In this document: piece after piece, positions 1 through 12,071 of the stretch
Numbering within the stretch: the first letter of the stretch is position 1
Layout: every line of letters begins with the position of its first letter
Assembly: GCF_001194135.2 (NCBI RefSeq)
Contig: NC_068982.1
Coordinates: forward strand, 117,286,210 to 117,324,936
Length of the DNA: 38,727 nucleotides
Direction: 5' to 3'
Source of the DNA: Octopus bimaculoides
Taxonomy: Eukaryota
Position numbers and translations under genes: made by a program
The notes under the pieces: generated by a model
The model's input: the letters and a program-made list of their open reading frames with translations, nothing else
Databases searched by the model: none
What the model was told of the DNA's origin: nothing

Positions 1-43
<43 letters not shown>

Positions 44-88
44 TATATACATTATATATGCATACATATGTATCTATATATATATATA
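1..88. repeat. (AT)n microsatellite
   Basis: Direct reading of the TA dinucleotide run. Confidence 0.95.
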
Positions 89-102
89 CTTTGGTACTGT
101 GT

Positions 103-235
103 GTGAAGGTGCATGGCCCTGTAGTTTAGCGTGTGGTGCTAACGAGCATGGGCTTATATTTTCGATTCGCAGACAAATGCGCTTTCTGTTCTTAAGCAAA
201 GCACTTAATTTGACAGAAAAGAGGAGCTACATTCA
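103..235 (+). mobile_element. Decayed tRNA-derived SINE 5' head
   Basis: gaaggtgcatggccctgtagtttagcg (A-box-like) ... ttcgattcgc (B-box-like) ... ttcttaagcaaagcactt, resembling recalled octopus SINE heads. Confidence 0.55.
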
Positions 236-324
236 GTTTTGAAAGTCTTGCAGATGTTAGCGTAAAGCTAAAGACCATCGAAAGAGATAGCTCCTGTAAT
301 TGGATAGGAGAAATTTAAATATAT

Positions 325-690
325 AGGTGCACGTGGTTCCGGGTTCACTCCCATTGCCTTGGTACCTTGGTAAAGTGTCTTTTAATATAGCCTCGACCCG
401 GCCCACATCTTGTCAGATGATTTGGTAAACGGAAACTGAAAGAAGCCTGTTGTATATATACATATGTGTGTTTGTGTCTGTGACTCCCCCCGCCACCAGT
501 TGATAACTAGTTTTGGTGTGTTTACGTTTCTATTATTCAGCGGTTCCAGAAAAGGTGTCGGTAGAGTAAATTCCATTCTTACAAAAAAAAAAACATAAAT
601 ATTGGTGTCCATTCTTTTTTCTAAAATTCTTGAAGGTGATGTCCCAGCATGGCCGCTGTCTAATAGCTGAAACAATTAAAAAGAAGATAC
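325..690 (+). mobile_element. Octopus-type long SINE (family A)
   Basis: ggttccgggttcactccc ... ggaaactgaaagaagcc ... ccagcatggccgctgtctaatagctgaaaca. Reverse-complement match to 3412-3795; shares its 3' end with 13355-13570 and 31470-31700. Confidence 0.85.
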
Positions 691-1130
691 TACATTCGAG
701 CTACAAGTTTAGAATTATACCCGTAATTATCAGGGCACTTAGATATGTAACGTACTTCTTCACCATACTTGAGAAATTAAGGTGAAAAGAGGAAGCTAAT
801 TAGAAGACTTCAGATGCAAGCCATCAACAGAAGAGCGAATACATATAATTCTTGCCATAAACTTATTATATAAATAGCTATGCGAATGTCTAGATAGCTT
901 GCATACCCTTCAGCAAATCACTATAGGAAATCGATGGACCTACGCGATATACCTAAATATTTTGCATGAACATCAGTCATAAGGTGTTTCTGATGCACAC
1001 ATCCAGTATGGTGTGATCAACTAAGTCGCTATAAGCTGAAGAATATCCGTTAGCTGTATTTCCGTGGGGATATTCCCTACTTCTGGGCCGGGTAATCATG
1101 GTGCTATTTTTTTTGGAACAGGTTATGAAA
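690..1130 (-). pseudogene. Possible Cys-loop receptor extracellular-domain remnant
   Basis: Minus frame reads TRP...ILDVCIRNTL*LMFMQNI*...AI*TF; a second frame reads YGEEVRYISKC. Order matches RP / IIDVDEKNQ..W / KIWTP / G.V....C, but with many substitutions. Confidence 0.3.
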
Positions 1131-1171
1131 TTCGAAGACTCTCAGATGATAATTACAATAACAACAAAATA

Positions 1172-1372
1172 ATACTCCTTTCTACTAAAGGTACGAGGTC
1201 TGACATTTAGGGGGAGCGTACAGTCGCTTGCATTGCCACATGTACCCAACTGGTACTTATTTTATCGACATCGAACAGATGGAATGCGAAGTCGACCTCG
1301 GCGGAATTTGAACTGAAAACGTAAAAACAGGCGAAATGCTGCTAAGCGTAAAGCCGTTTAAAAAATAATAAG
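1172..1372 (-). mobile_element. SINE family B (tRNA head plus Meta-like core), head partly lost
   Basis: actggtacttattttatcgac...gaagtcgacctcggcggaatttgaact; same family as 7935, 15712, 24126 and 37270. Confidence 0.85.
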
Positions 1373-1479
1373 CCTTTTGCTGCGATTTCCAGCCACGTGG
1401 CAATCCTAATGTAATACAAACGTGTATATACTCTCGCACACAGATACTTATGGAATATATACGTGTATAAATATTTTTC

Positions 1480-1534
1480 ATACACATACACACCCACACA
1501 CAAACATATATATATGCATACTTACATATCCAAA

Positions 1535-1585
<51 letters not shown>
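1480..1585. repeat. (CA)/(AT)n microsatellite
   Basis: Direct reading. Confidence 0.9.
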
Positions 1586-1616
1586 ATTAGTATGCTAGCT
1601 TATAATTGTATTATCA

Positions 1617-2589
1617 TTATTAGCTTATAATTATATTAAGGGTGAGGTAAGCCCCACCAACAAACTAGAAATATACGCCAAATGGCTCTGAAACCACATA
1701 TATTCTCCATTAGCACATGTTGTTAGCGGGCATATGAAAAAATAAATGAGATTTAAAAAAAAATTAATTAATTGTAGATTGATTCCTGGATTAGGGTTGC
1801 AAAACCGCTTTTTGTCTTCAATACAATTTTCCAAAGTATATAGATGCAAATATTTATACTTATCCCTATGAACCACGTATCTTCACTATCATATGCATAC
1901 ATTTACATGCAGACACTAGTTAAATCTAATTATTTTTACCTGAACTACGTGCTTTTATTATCAAAATAATATCGCAACGAATACGTTTTGATCAGGAGCA
2001 AAAAATAAAATTTTGCACAAAATTAAGTATAAAACCTCTTTAATGAGTTTATGAAGTGGCCAGCGTTGAACAAAAACCTTACAGGTAACAATTTAAACTG
2101 ACTTATGATTATATAATTTAATTATATCTAGGGTGCCGATAAACCCCACCAACACGCTAAAAATATACGTTAAATTACTTTCAAAATTATATCTATACTC
2201 CGTTAGCATAGTTTGTAAGATGAAAAAAAAAAAAAAAAGATTCTTTTCCATAAATTGGTTAATTGTAGATCGATTTCTGGCATAGGGTTGTAAAATACTT
2301 TGCTTTCTCCAGTACAATATGCCAAAGTATATAGATGCAAATATTTATACATACTCATACGAACAACATATCCGCACGATTATGTGCGTACATTCACTAG
2401 TTTAACCTATTTTTTCATCACAACTGAGTGATTTTATTATTAGATTAATATCGCAGATAATGCAATTCGATCAGGCGCAAAAAATATTTTTATACAAAAT
2501 AAAGGATAAACCCACTTTAGTGATTTTAGCAATGATAAACCCCCGGGAAACGCTAGAAATAGACGCCAAATGGTTCTAAAAACACATCT
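1617..2589 (+). repeat. About 490-bp tandem repeat, forward arm (2 units plus a partial third)
   Basis: agggtg at 1639 and 2130; ccaaagtatatagatgcaaatatttatac occurs in both units (about 1832 and 2322); third unit start at about 2533 follows a roughly 75-bp deletion. Confidence 0.9.
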
Positions 2590-2602
2590 ATAAACAGAGT
2601 AC

Positions 2603-3290
2603 AGATGTGGTTTTTAGAGTCATTTGGCGTCTTTTTCTAGCTTGTTGGTGTAGTTTATCGGCATCCTTAATATAATTATATTACTTAATTATAAATTAGT
2701 ATAAACTGTTATCTGTATGGTTTTAAATTCACGCTGGCCACTTGATAAAATCATTAAAGTGGTTTTATCCTTAATTTTGTATAAAATATATATTTTTTGC
2801 TCTTGATCAATTTGCATTCGCTGCGATATTATCCTGATAATAAAGGGACATGGTTCAGATGAAAATAATTAGATTTAACTAGTGCATACATGTAAATATA
2901 TGTATGTGATGGTGCGGATATATTATTCGCATGGGTACATTTAAATATTTGCATCTATATACTTTGGCATATTGTACTGAAGAAAGCAATGGGTTTTACA
3001 ACCCGAAGCCAGAAATCGATCTGCTTTTAACGAATTAAAAAAAAAAATATTATTCATTTTTTTCCATCTGCTCGCTAACAACCTGTGCTAACGGAATAAA
3101 GATGTGGTTTTTAGAGCCATTTAGCGTCTATTTGTAACGTGTTGGAGAGGTGTATTCGCACCCTTAATATAATTATATTATATAATTATAGATTAGTATT
3201 TACTTGTAATGTTCTTTCTTTTTATTTCACGGTGGCCACTTGATAAAAGAATATTGAAGTGGTTTTATATTTAATTTTCTGTAATATGGG
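2603..3290 (-). repeat. Same 490-bp repeat, inverted arm (about 1.4 units)
   Basis: aaatatttgcatctatatactttggcatattgtactg (about 2943-2980) is the reverse complement of the unit core; agatgtggtttttagag recurs at 2603 and about 3100 (period about 497). Confidence 0.9.
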
Positions 3291-3349
3291 TATCTGTGTA
3301 TTTGAATATTTGTGTGTAGTTGCCACTGTGTTCTAGTGTTTATATCATC

Positions 3350-3350
3350 T

Positions 3351-3393
<43 letters not shown>

Positions 3394-3410
3394 ATATATA
3401 TATATATATA
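3350..3410. repeat. (CT)n(AT)n microsatellite
   Basis: Direct reading. Confidence 0.9.
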
Positions 3411-3411
3411 T

Positions 3412-3795
3412 TCTTTTATTTGTTTGTCATTTGACTGCGGCATCTTAAAGAAGTTTAGCCGAATAAATTGACCCAGGGACTTATACTTTGTAAGCCTAGT
3501 ACTAATTATATTGGCCTGTTATGCCGAACTGCTAGGTTACAGGGACATAACACAACTTTGGTTGTCAGACGATGGTGGTGGACAAACACAGACACAAACA
3601 CGCAAATAAATACATATATACATATATACATATATACAACAAGCTTCTCTCAGTTTCCGTCGAACAAATACACTCATAATACTTTTGTCGGTCCGATGCA
3701 ATAGTAGAAGACACTTGTCCAAGGTGCCATGCATTGGGACTGCACCCGGAACCATGTGACTGGGAGGTAAGCTTCTTACGACACAGACACGCATG
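3412..3795 (-). mobile_element. Octopus-type long SINE (family A)
   Basis: gtcatttgactgcggc ... gcttctctcagtttccgtc ... gacacttgtccaaggtgccatgc ... cccggaaccatgtg; reverse complement of 325-690. Confidence 0.85.
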
Positions 3796-4229
3796 CGATT
3801 CTATATACATATATACATATATACATACTCCACACACATATATGTACTTGTATATCCAAGTAAATTCAGCTTATTTGTTCGGTCTCTACTCACTCACATA
3901 ATTCTTATTCGAATTCCATGGACAAATTACTCTACATACGCTAATCTATGTTATATATTAAAATATATATTTTAATCTAATCCCCCAGCCACTTTATCTT
4001 ATATATTTCTCATAGACTTCCTTATTGAATGACAGTGTATATCTATGATACTGGGTAAATAAATTACGTCGACATCCCTATAGCTTAACCATTTGCTCGT
4101 TATGTAGTAAAATGTGTCAAGGTGTTTACTTTGTGTAATAGGTAGAGACTGCGTACATCCTGTTTCCTAAATATTGATTTTTCAGTTAAAAGAAAGCAGA
4201 AATCTTGAAAGTGAAGACACTCTGCTTAT

Positions 4230-5030
4230 TCATTATCGCTGCTGAGAGTGTTGAAATAAAATGTCATGACAGCAATATTTGTATTGTGAAATTAATGGCT
4301 CGTAATTAGAGATATTTTGGCATGAGTGTATGCCGCAGATTTTACAAGGGAATATGTGATCATCTACCTCAACAATTAGGGGATGTTTCGTTTTTTGAAA
4401 TGTAATGTTCATCTCTTTCAAATTTAATCCATCCCAGATGTCTTCTTTCTGTTCTGATTTAAGAGACACAGGTTTAAAATCATCAAAATATATTTAAACG
4501 TTTCTTATTTCTTTTTATACAGCAAATCTTATGGCATAGTTATAGCATTATAGCATTCATGGTTAGGCCTGTAGAAATGGATCTTACAATGAGAACATTG
4601 AGCACAAACCAAATTACAGAGTGTAGTGGTAACAGTGCCTAACAGCGCCTTCAACAACTCTTTTCCTCATACACAATATTTAAACTACAGTTGTCTCAAA
4701 GGCGTTCATAAACAACTTAGCATTACTTCTCAGTTCTTCCACTCATAATAGATAATTTAAGGCCCACTCGCCACCTCTTTAGGTCTTGAAAACGTTTGTA
4801 GTACCGTGTGATATTATTTTCGAATGTTAATCTGCTATAAACCAGTGTACTTCATATCTATCGTCATACAGTGATTCTTGAAATTCTTTCATGTAATAGT
4901 ACAGCAGTCATCCAAGTAATGGAAATACTGTCTACTTTACATCTCTGCACTCTTACACAGTTCTTTATTTCTGTGTTTCTTCCAACCCTTATTCTTATCA
5001 AATAGCATGACTTTCATGACAATCAAGATG
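4230..5030 (-). pseudogene. Decayed Cys-loop (nAChR-like) receptor subunit, Cys-loop exit to TM3 and loop
   Basis: One minus frame reads VQRCKVDSISITWMTA (about 4903-4950), DLKR, GRTEK-14 aa-LNIV (TM2 register), LPLHSVIWFVLNVLIV...LCHK (TM3). TM1 looks deleted; many stops. Confidence 0.45.
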
Positions 5031-5319
5031 GATCATACGACAAATCAGTATGTCAAAGTTTTTAAAACAAGAACAAGAGAGTAGACGAAGAAAGAGAATG
5101 GTAAATAGCTAAAGGATATAATGACAACAAAGTAAGAGTAGTAGGCGGAGAAACCTTATGAGAAACGAGTTAGAGCGGGATAATGTTATATACTTGAGTG
5201 TGGGAAATGGAAGGAAATTAGGAGAAATAAGGTGAGAAATACTTGTTTCTAATTTGTGCGCATGTTCAGAAGTTCTATGTCATAATAAAATACGTAAACT
5301 CCTGTACCTTAATGACATT

Positions 5320-5580
5320 TTATTCTTTCGACCCCAAAGGATGAAAAAAAGGGTCGAGCGCGGTAGAATTGAACTTTGATAGCAAAACGTTCTGTCAAAA
5401 TACCACGAGATATTCTGTACATTATTTGTTCGACATTTGTACATTATTTTCTCTGCTCTAAAAGAAGGAAATGCCAAGTTGAACTCGGCAGGATTTCATC
5501 TCAGAGTGTAAAATGCCGCAAAAATAAAAAAAAAAAACAAAAACAAAGTAATCTTTTCGTAAGAAGTAATGTGTTACCAA
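5320..5580 (-). mobile_element. Decayed SINE family B fragments
   Basis: ttcgaccccaaaggatgaaaaaaagggtcgagcgcggtagaattgaact and a second partial aagttgaactcggcaggattt. Confidence 0.65.
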
Positions 5581-5639
5581 TCCATTGCTAATATGGTATA
5601 ATAAGATATAATAATTCATTTACTTAAGTCTTCGATGTG

Positions 5640-6830
5640 ACACTCACACTACTGCTTGACCTGCAAGAAGGAACAACTAATTTGTTTCTCAATTAAAGCT
5701 CCTTTTAAAATGTGAGATACATTGAATAATATAGTCCCATAATATATTGCCCGAGATAAAGAAGGAATAGCCATCGATGACATATATTCCATCGCATAAT
5801 TGACCACTTTAGGCACATGGAGATCGCATCGTCTGACCAAGATACAATATTAATGTAGTGTTGTCTGTAACTTATGTCCATAATGGCCAACTTAATTCAA
5901 TGTCATTTTGGTGTTAGCATCAGTTTCTGAAAATTTGATATTGCAGTAGAGATATAAAATAGATATAGCCGCAATGATAACAGAAGTACAAGCAACTGGA
6001 TAAACGAGTATTAACATAATAACTTAGTGTATTAATTTCCTACATTTTAAAATTATCTAGCCGGAAAGAGATGTATAGTCTTTTTGCTCTTTGTAGGCAA
6101 ATCAATATGTTTGATGTTCTGGCTGAACTTTTTCTCCATTAGGAAAACCATAGTTGATAGGTGAGTTCCTAAAGGTTTCATTTCTAGATTGAAATGACTC
6201 GCCAAAGCTTTTCCAGCTCACTAATGCTGTATATCATATCAATTAATCCTCGTCTAAGATCTCTATTCAAACACATTCCAGCCCTGATCATACCTTCATT
6301 ATCTCAGACTTTATGGAATTCCATGTATTAAGGGAGTAAAGTGTAATTTGACAAAATTAGTTTGCTCTATCTAGCTAAGATGAACTCCGCTACATAATAG
6401 AAATTTTGTATTGTAGAGGTCATGCAGCTGATCAATACTGTAACATTTTCTGGTTTCCTATAGGGAAAGGCTAATAATTGTTCTACAGTATCGGTTATGA
6501 TATACAGATTCACTGAAGGAACTTACAAATGGATATTTTATACATTGCAGAGGGGGTTTTAGCCGGTGAATAAATTTTGAATTATAAAATACTACTTCGA
6601 TAATATATTTTATCATGTTTAACTCCAAGGTAACGCTCCTTTTGCTATACAGCGAAAGCTTACGAAGGTTTCTTTCATAGAATAGAATTTATCTCCGTAT
6701 TTGTTGAATCTTCTATTAAGAAAGAATGTATTTCACTTAAATTACATTGTCAGTAGTCTGTGGTATTCAATTTCCCTCTTTTTAATGCTTCCATAATATA
6801 TATTACTATGATCAACATACCATAACATCC
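5640..6830 (-). pseudogene. Decayed Cys-loop receptor subunit, near full length
   Basis: C-x13-C at about 6443-6487 (overlapping frame reads FPY), then VLISCMTST; TM1-like MLILVYPVACTSVIIAAISILY (about 5955-6015), TKMTL, HVPKVVNY. The spacer between Cys-loop and TM1 is about 70 codons too long. Confidence 0.4.
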
Positions 6831-7522
6831 ACAACATATTTTAGGCTGATTTGAAATTGCCAACAAATAAAATTTAAGTGTTCATCATACATATTAACTC
6901 TCTATAGAAATTTAAACGTAATTGTAGATTAATGATTCTTCTGGTTTTTCTTAAGAACTTATTCCATTGGTCGTTAGGACAATAGCATATGTTTGAAATA
7001 ATTCTTTTGTCATGATAGAATTTTAAAATGAAAGAAGAAATTAATCATTTCAATCGATAAAAGATTTCTACACAATAATCCTACTCATAGAAGCATAAAA
7101 TCGATTTGTTAATAAGAAGTGAGGCAATAATATATTTTAAGCATCATTACAAATGAAAACGAAAGAATTCAAATTAAAAACAAGGTGATTAATTGGTTGA
7201 TGTTATCAAGAGTATGCTACAAGTACAATGCAAGATAATGCAAATTATATTTGCAGCATTTAAGCATTATTGCATTTCACTTCTGTTCTACCTGAAAACT
7301 AGAATTCAAGGCGAACAAGCTACATTGCGTTTACTCCAAGTTCCAACACCTTATATGAAAAATAAATGAAATTTTTTTTCTCGAAACCCACTTATTGTAC
7401 ATTATAACTCAAAGTTACATGAAAAAGCGTAAATATGTTAAAGTATTCTTCAAAACAACTGCTATAAGTGAATATGTCAATCAATATATTAATAAACTGC
7501 AATAGCAGGCGTCATCGGTGTT

Positions 7523-7615
7523 TTTCAGGCATAATGCACTGATGCATTGTAAACAACGGTGCGATTTCAACGGTCTGATTTCAGGCATAATGCACTGCTG
7601 CATTGTAAACAAACG
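7523..7615 (+). repeat. 36-37 bp direct duplication, period 56
   Basis: tttcaggcataatgcactgatgcattgtaaacaacg at 7523 and tttcaggcataatgcactgctgcattgtaaacaaacg at 7579. Confidence 0.9.
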
Positions 7616-7934
7616 AACATTTAGAATATTGTGGGTAACTTTCTCCATAAATATTTATTATGATTGGAAATGGTTTTCTTTCTTTTTTTTATTGATTCGT
7701 TACATAAATCCAGATCGGAACACCTGCTAAAAGATGATGTACCACTTGTGTGACAACTTTATATTACTGTTCTACATTTGATTCCAGGTTCTTGGGTAAA
7801 TTACAATCCCAAGTAAAACAAATGTGAGTATCTTCTCAAGTTTTGAATGAGGTAGTGTGACATCACAATTTCAAAAGAAAAGCAAGTTTACATGAAAATG
7901 GAAATCAAATCGCAAGATGGCTAATAGTGGATTC

Positions 7935-8145
7935 AAATTTTGCCTCACGGGCAGCTATTTTGGGGGAGGGGATAGGTCGATTTCATCAACCTCAGTGTTA
8001 CACTGGTACTTATCTTATCGACCACAAAAGTATGGAAGGTAAAGTCGACCGCGATGGAATTTAAACTCAGAACGTAGAGACGGAGGAAATATCGCTAAGT
8101 ATTTAGTCCAGAGCAATTACGATTCTGCCAGCTAGCCGCCTTACA
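7935..8145 (-). mobile_element. SINE family B, full length
   Basis: Ends in gattctgccagctagccgcc (reverse complement of the tRNA-like head); core ctggtacttatcttatcgacc...aaagtcgacc. Confidence 0.9.
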
Positions 8146-8254
8146 TGGTGGCTACTTTGAGTTATTTGCTATAGGATAAATTGTTTCCCTTGATTTTACA
8201 AGAATCAGGAACACAAGCAGGTGCATGATACATACTCACATACATACATACATA

Positions 8255-8502
8255 CATGGTGGTTGTCTACTCCTTAAACAGAGTTTGACCACCTCCTGCA
8301 CCTACACCTTAGCCCTTTCATGGCGTCTGATGTGGCTTTTTAAACCAGACAGTGTTTTGAAAAAACACCCACACAGATTGCACCTCTGATTTGCACTACC
8401 AATACCTGCAAGTAAGTTCTGCTCATTGTGGATCCTAACATGTCTTTTAAGACCCCCATTGGATTTGCAAACCCTCTGGCACACACCACATTCAAACGTG
8501 TG
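8255..8502 (-). mobile_element. LINE-like 3' end encoding two intact C2H2 zinc fingers, followed by a (TATG)n tail
   Basis: FECGVCQRVCKSNGGLKRHVRIH and CNLCGCFFKTLSGLKSHIRRH both fit C-x2-C-x12-H-x3-H; non-TGEKP linker; stop at 8302, about 45-nt UTR, then a tetranucleotide tail. A C2H2-ZNF exon remnant is not excluded. Confidence 0.6.
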
Positions 8503-8519
8503 CACAGACATATAATCAT

Positions 8520-8607
8520 ACACACATACATGCATGCATTCATGCATACATATATGCTTGCATGCATACATAGATGCATACATACATACATACATACATA
8601 CACACAC

Positions 8608-8640
<33 letters not shown>

Positions 8641-8660
8641 CATACACATACACATATATC
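8520..8660. repeat. (TACA)n-type microsatellite
   Basis: Direct reading. Confidence 0.9.
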
Positions 8661-8704
8661 AATTTAAGTATATGTTTAGATTCACTGATCAGATTAAGCA
8701 GCAT

Positions 8705-9000
8705 TTGTAGCGTTTGTGGCGGTTGAGATCGGGCTTCCGTAACGATTTAAAAAGGTTGGTGTAGAAGGTTTTGCATACTTAGTCTGCCTCCTTTTTTCTC
8801 TGTGACTGTGAGCCTATCCTTACTCTTCAGCGCGTACCCTCTGACCTGTAGAATGTCAGCCCTCTCCTGTATCTTTTTAAGCCTTTCCTTTCTTTTGCAG
8901 CCTGTATCAATTTATTAGATGTGGTCTAATTTCTTTGAAGTAAAATGATATATTCCAAGTGATTTTTCACGTGCAATTTCATCGTTTTTTGTTTCTCTAG
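8705..9000 (-). mobile_element. RTE LINE, inverted 5' segment (pre-RT linker)
   Basis: Minus frames read EYIIL...IQAAKERKGLK...TFYTNLFKS, the region normally just upstream of the K.PG.D motif. Confidence 0.6.
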
Positions 9001-9880
9001 CATTTTCTGATGAAAACAGACAAAGTTCCTGGGAAAGATAGCATTGCAACAGAAATGTTAAGTTTTGGCGTTGAAGAGTTGCGGAAAATTCTCGTTCTAC
9101 GTACGCTTGAATCGTTATCAAGCAGCAGATATAGCTCTGCTATCACGACCAATAAAGGATCCAATAGAGAATGGTGTAAGGAAATGAAATACCATTGGTT
9201 TAAAGCTCTTTAGCTCATGTCTAAAAATGTCCACGAAGGACGTCTACTGGACCGGCGTGCGGACCGATGGAAACAACAAACATACCGATTCGCAGCAGAT
9301 ATCGTCCTCATTACTGAGACCACAAACAAACCGCAGAACATGTTGATAGAGCTGATCACTTAGAGTTTAGCAGTAGATCTTCAAATGAAATACGACGTAG
9401 TACAAGGGAGAATAAAGGAAGGAAGCGATGAAATGGAGGAGGCAAAGGTGTACGTCTACTTAACGCCGAGGTATGGATTCTGAAATCTCAAAGAGAAAAA
9501 AGGCAGTGTGAAAGGCAATTACTTCAATAAAGGATATGTTTCACAGGAAGCTTGACAATACAATACTTAACAGAGTCTTCATTAACACCGTATTATCTAC
9601 GCAATAAGACGTGGGTTACTACAAAGAGGATACAACATTGACTGGCTACGATGCAAAGGACCATAGAAAAGTTCATGCTAGGCGCATAGCTAATCCGGAG
9701 TGAGATAATTTGTTAACCAAGCGGTATGATTGATGTGATCGCAGAGTATCGAAAGCACAAGTTCCGCTTGACTGATATATCCCAATGTTCCCAGGCAGCA
9801 GGTGGATTGCAGTCAATGGTATCCAAGGGATCGGAAGAGGCCACATAGAAGACCTCCACGTCGATGGGAAGAGGATTTAA
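9001..9880 (+). mobile_element. RTE-clade LINE reverse transcriptase, decayed
   Basis: MKTDKVPGKDSIATEML; RFAADIVLI (FADD equivalent); EEAKVYVYL; DVIAEYRKHKFR; PRDRKRPHRRP near the 3' end. Confidence 0.8.
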
Positions 9881-9999
9881 TCAGGAAATTTGGGTTGAAA
9901 TGGAAAGTTGTGGCCTAATCTAGACAAAATTTGAAGCGCATTATGACCAGCAGTGTATAACGGTGTCATATACGTGCATACAATTATATATGTATATAC

Positions 10000-10037
<38 letters not shown>

Positions 10038-10210
10038 NNNNNNNNNNNNNNNNNNNNNNNNNNNNNNNNNNNNNNNNNNNNNNNNNNNNNNNNNNNNNNN
10101 NNNNNNNNNNNNNNNNNNNNNNNNNNNNNNNNNNNNNNNNNNNNNNNNNNNNNNNNNNNNNNNNNNNNNNNNNNNNNNNNNNNNNNNNNNNNNNNNNNNN
10201 NNNNNNNNNN
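10038..10210. other. Assembly gap flanked by (AT)n
   Basis: N run. Confidence 1.
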
Positions 10211-10379
10211 ATCTTATATATATATATATATATATATTTATATGCATTCATACATACATATATGCATACATACATACATACATACATATATACATACATA
10301 TGTTAGATAATTTTGTGCAAAATGTATTGAATAAGTTCGGAGGAAACAAACCAGAAGCCGCTTTTTCTTCTAGTTGACT

Positions 10380-11090
10380 TAATGTTGACCTAGTATTTGC
10401 AGAGACACATCAAAATCACGTGACATCTATATTCGCTCTCTATGTCCCATTAGTTTGGACGTCATATATTATCGACTGTGTGAAAGTACAAAATATCGTA
10501 GTTATTGACTTTCTTTTTTTTTTTCCAAAGCACGTAACTAATATAACAGTGCGTGTTTTGTCCGCAGTTTCGGTGATCTGTTATAAGTTTCACACTGATC
10601 TTTAGATATATAATAACATTCTTTAAAAAAAAAAAATTGAAAAGCATGAGTAAATATTTTACATAAATTCCGTTGACGTGTATGACAAAGTAGAAAAATA
10701 ACATCCATTTGTTTATAGCTGTATAAATCACTTTGTGTTCACGTCATTTAATCGTAAATTTGAAGTGATCGCACCATGGATACCTTATAACCATGCCACT
10801 AGTGATATGCATTATACGAATACTGAATGTTTAATAAATATTCCCTGAGCGCACTTTTTTCATCTTAAAACCACAGCAAGTATTTCCTACTATCTAATTC
10901 TAATATTAATAACTATTTTTGTCTGTTTTTACTTATTTTCTACCTCACATTTAATACATGCTAACGAATATTAGTTCAACACTTGTTTAAGTTAACAATC
11001 CAGCAGCGTTTTATATGTCATTTTCTGTAGTTTAACTTCATTGTCATGTATTAATTTTTTGTTTAAATATACACCACACTAGGTATTGTT
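10380..11090 (+). pseudogene. Possible Cys-loop receptor remnant with large internal deletions
   Basis: ETHQ...LVWTSY (ORF 10420); WIPYNHATSDMHY (10777); HLKTTASISYYLILIL (10861); LIFYLT (10932, compare LVFYLP). Spacings are compressed. Confidence 0.3.
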
Positions 11091-11424
11091 TCTAACTGAC
11101 AAGTTATATCTTAATTCAAATATGGCCATGCCTTTCCATTTGGCATTTCTATACAATATTTTCCCGACACGACTTATCTCGAGTATGAATTTTTAATCTC
11201 CTTACTCATCAATAGAGGGAACGTCTTTAAAAACTCTTTCCCTTATATTTTCAAATAACCGCTATAGCCTTTAGTTTTAGTTAATACCTAACTGGACTCA
11301 GATATATCATTCTTTCTAATAAGGATAAATATGAATCTCTTAGATCCTGATCTGCTTTTACCTTTCTCAACGACTTTGTAAAAAAAATAATCATACTTCT
11401 TCCACTGAAGAGTATTGTGATATA

Positions 11425-11470
11425 TAATTAATTTAATTTAATTTAATTTAATCTAATTAATTTAATTAAT
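11425..11470. repeat. (TAATT)n pentanucleotide repeat
   Basis: Direct reading. Confidence 0.9.
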
Positions 11471-11985
11471 TCTATTCAACCATGAATTTGCATGATTTTT
11501 ATATCGCGGCACGAAACGATCGTCTGCATGAATTCAAATTCCGATATACATTTTAACATCTCTTCTCCATATAAATTCACAACACACCCTATACAAGTAT
11601 TATTTTCATATTCGTAATTTTACGCCAGTAAGCTACCAGCAAAATATGAAGAATCTATATTAGAAATATTTTCTTTGGAAACTTCCAAATTAAAGGACCG
11701 AACTTAATTCAACCTACCCCCCCCCATATATATATATATACATGTATATATGTCTAGTAGAACAGATTCGATCTACAGAATCTGAATACAGAAAACGCAT
11801 TGTAGTGCTGAAATGATTTGAACTTATACACTTTCGATCTTGACCTTCCCTTCTTACATGGATAAGTCTATATATGTTCTATACATCATCTCGTAAGAGT
11901 TCTATTTGTTTGTTTGCATCATTCTTTGTCTGTCTGTCTCTCTCTGTGTATATATGTACATACATACAGTTTCATCTCTGTCTCC

Positions 11986-12071
<86 letters not shown>

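Noticed and set aside
1631-2317. ORFs in the tandem repeat containing NGEYMW and GTLDII, reminiscent of Cys-loop beta6 and TM4
   Set aside because: Not conserved between repeat units and not in a coherent order. Recorded as a warning that isolated motif-like strings arise by chance in this AT-rich DNA.
1617-3290. CRISPR-like or prokaryotic repeat array
   Set aside because: Units are about 490 bp and similar throughout, with no unique spacers; the context is eukaryotic.
4523-4642. Strong-looking acceptor (tttctttttatacag) followed by a 39-codon open frame QILWHSYS...SGNSA*
   Set aside because: No recognisable product or partner exons. The pyrimidine tract is the complement of a Lys/Arg-rich stretch in the minus-strand receptor-like reading, which explains the region better.
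6190-6300. Minus-strand string EGMI...DLRRGLIDM resembling the iGluR S1 motif
   Set aside because: Single short motif with the wrong spacing and no other iGluR landmarks.
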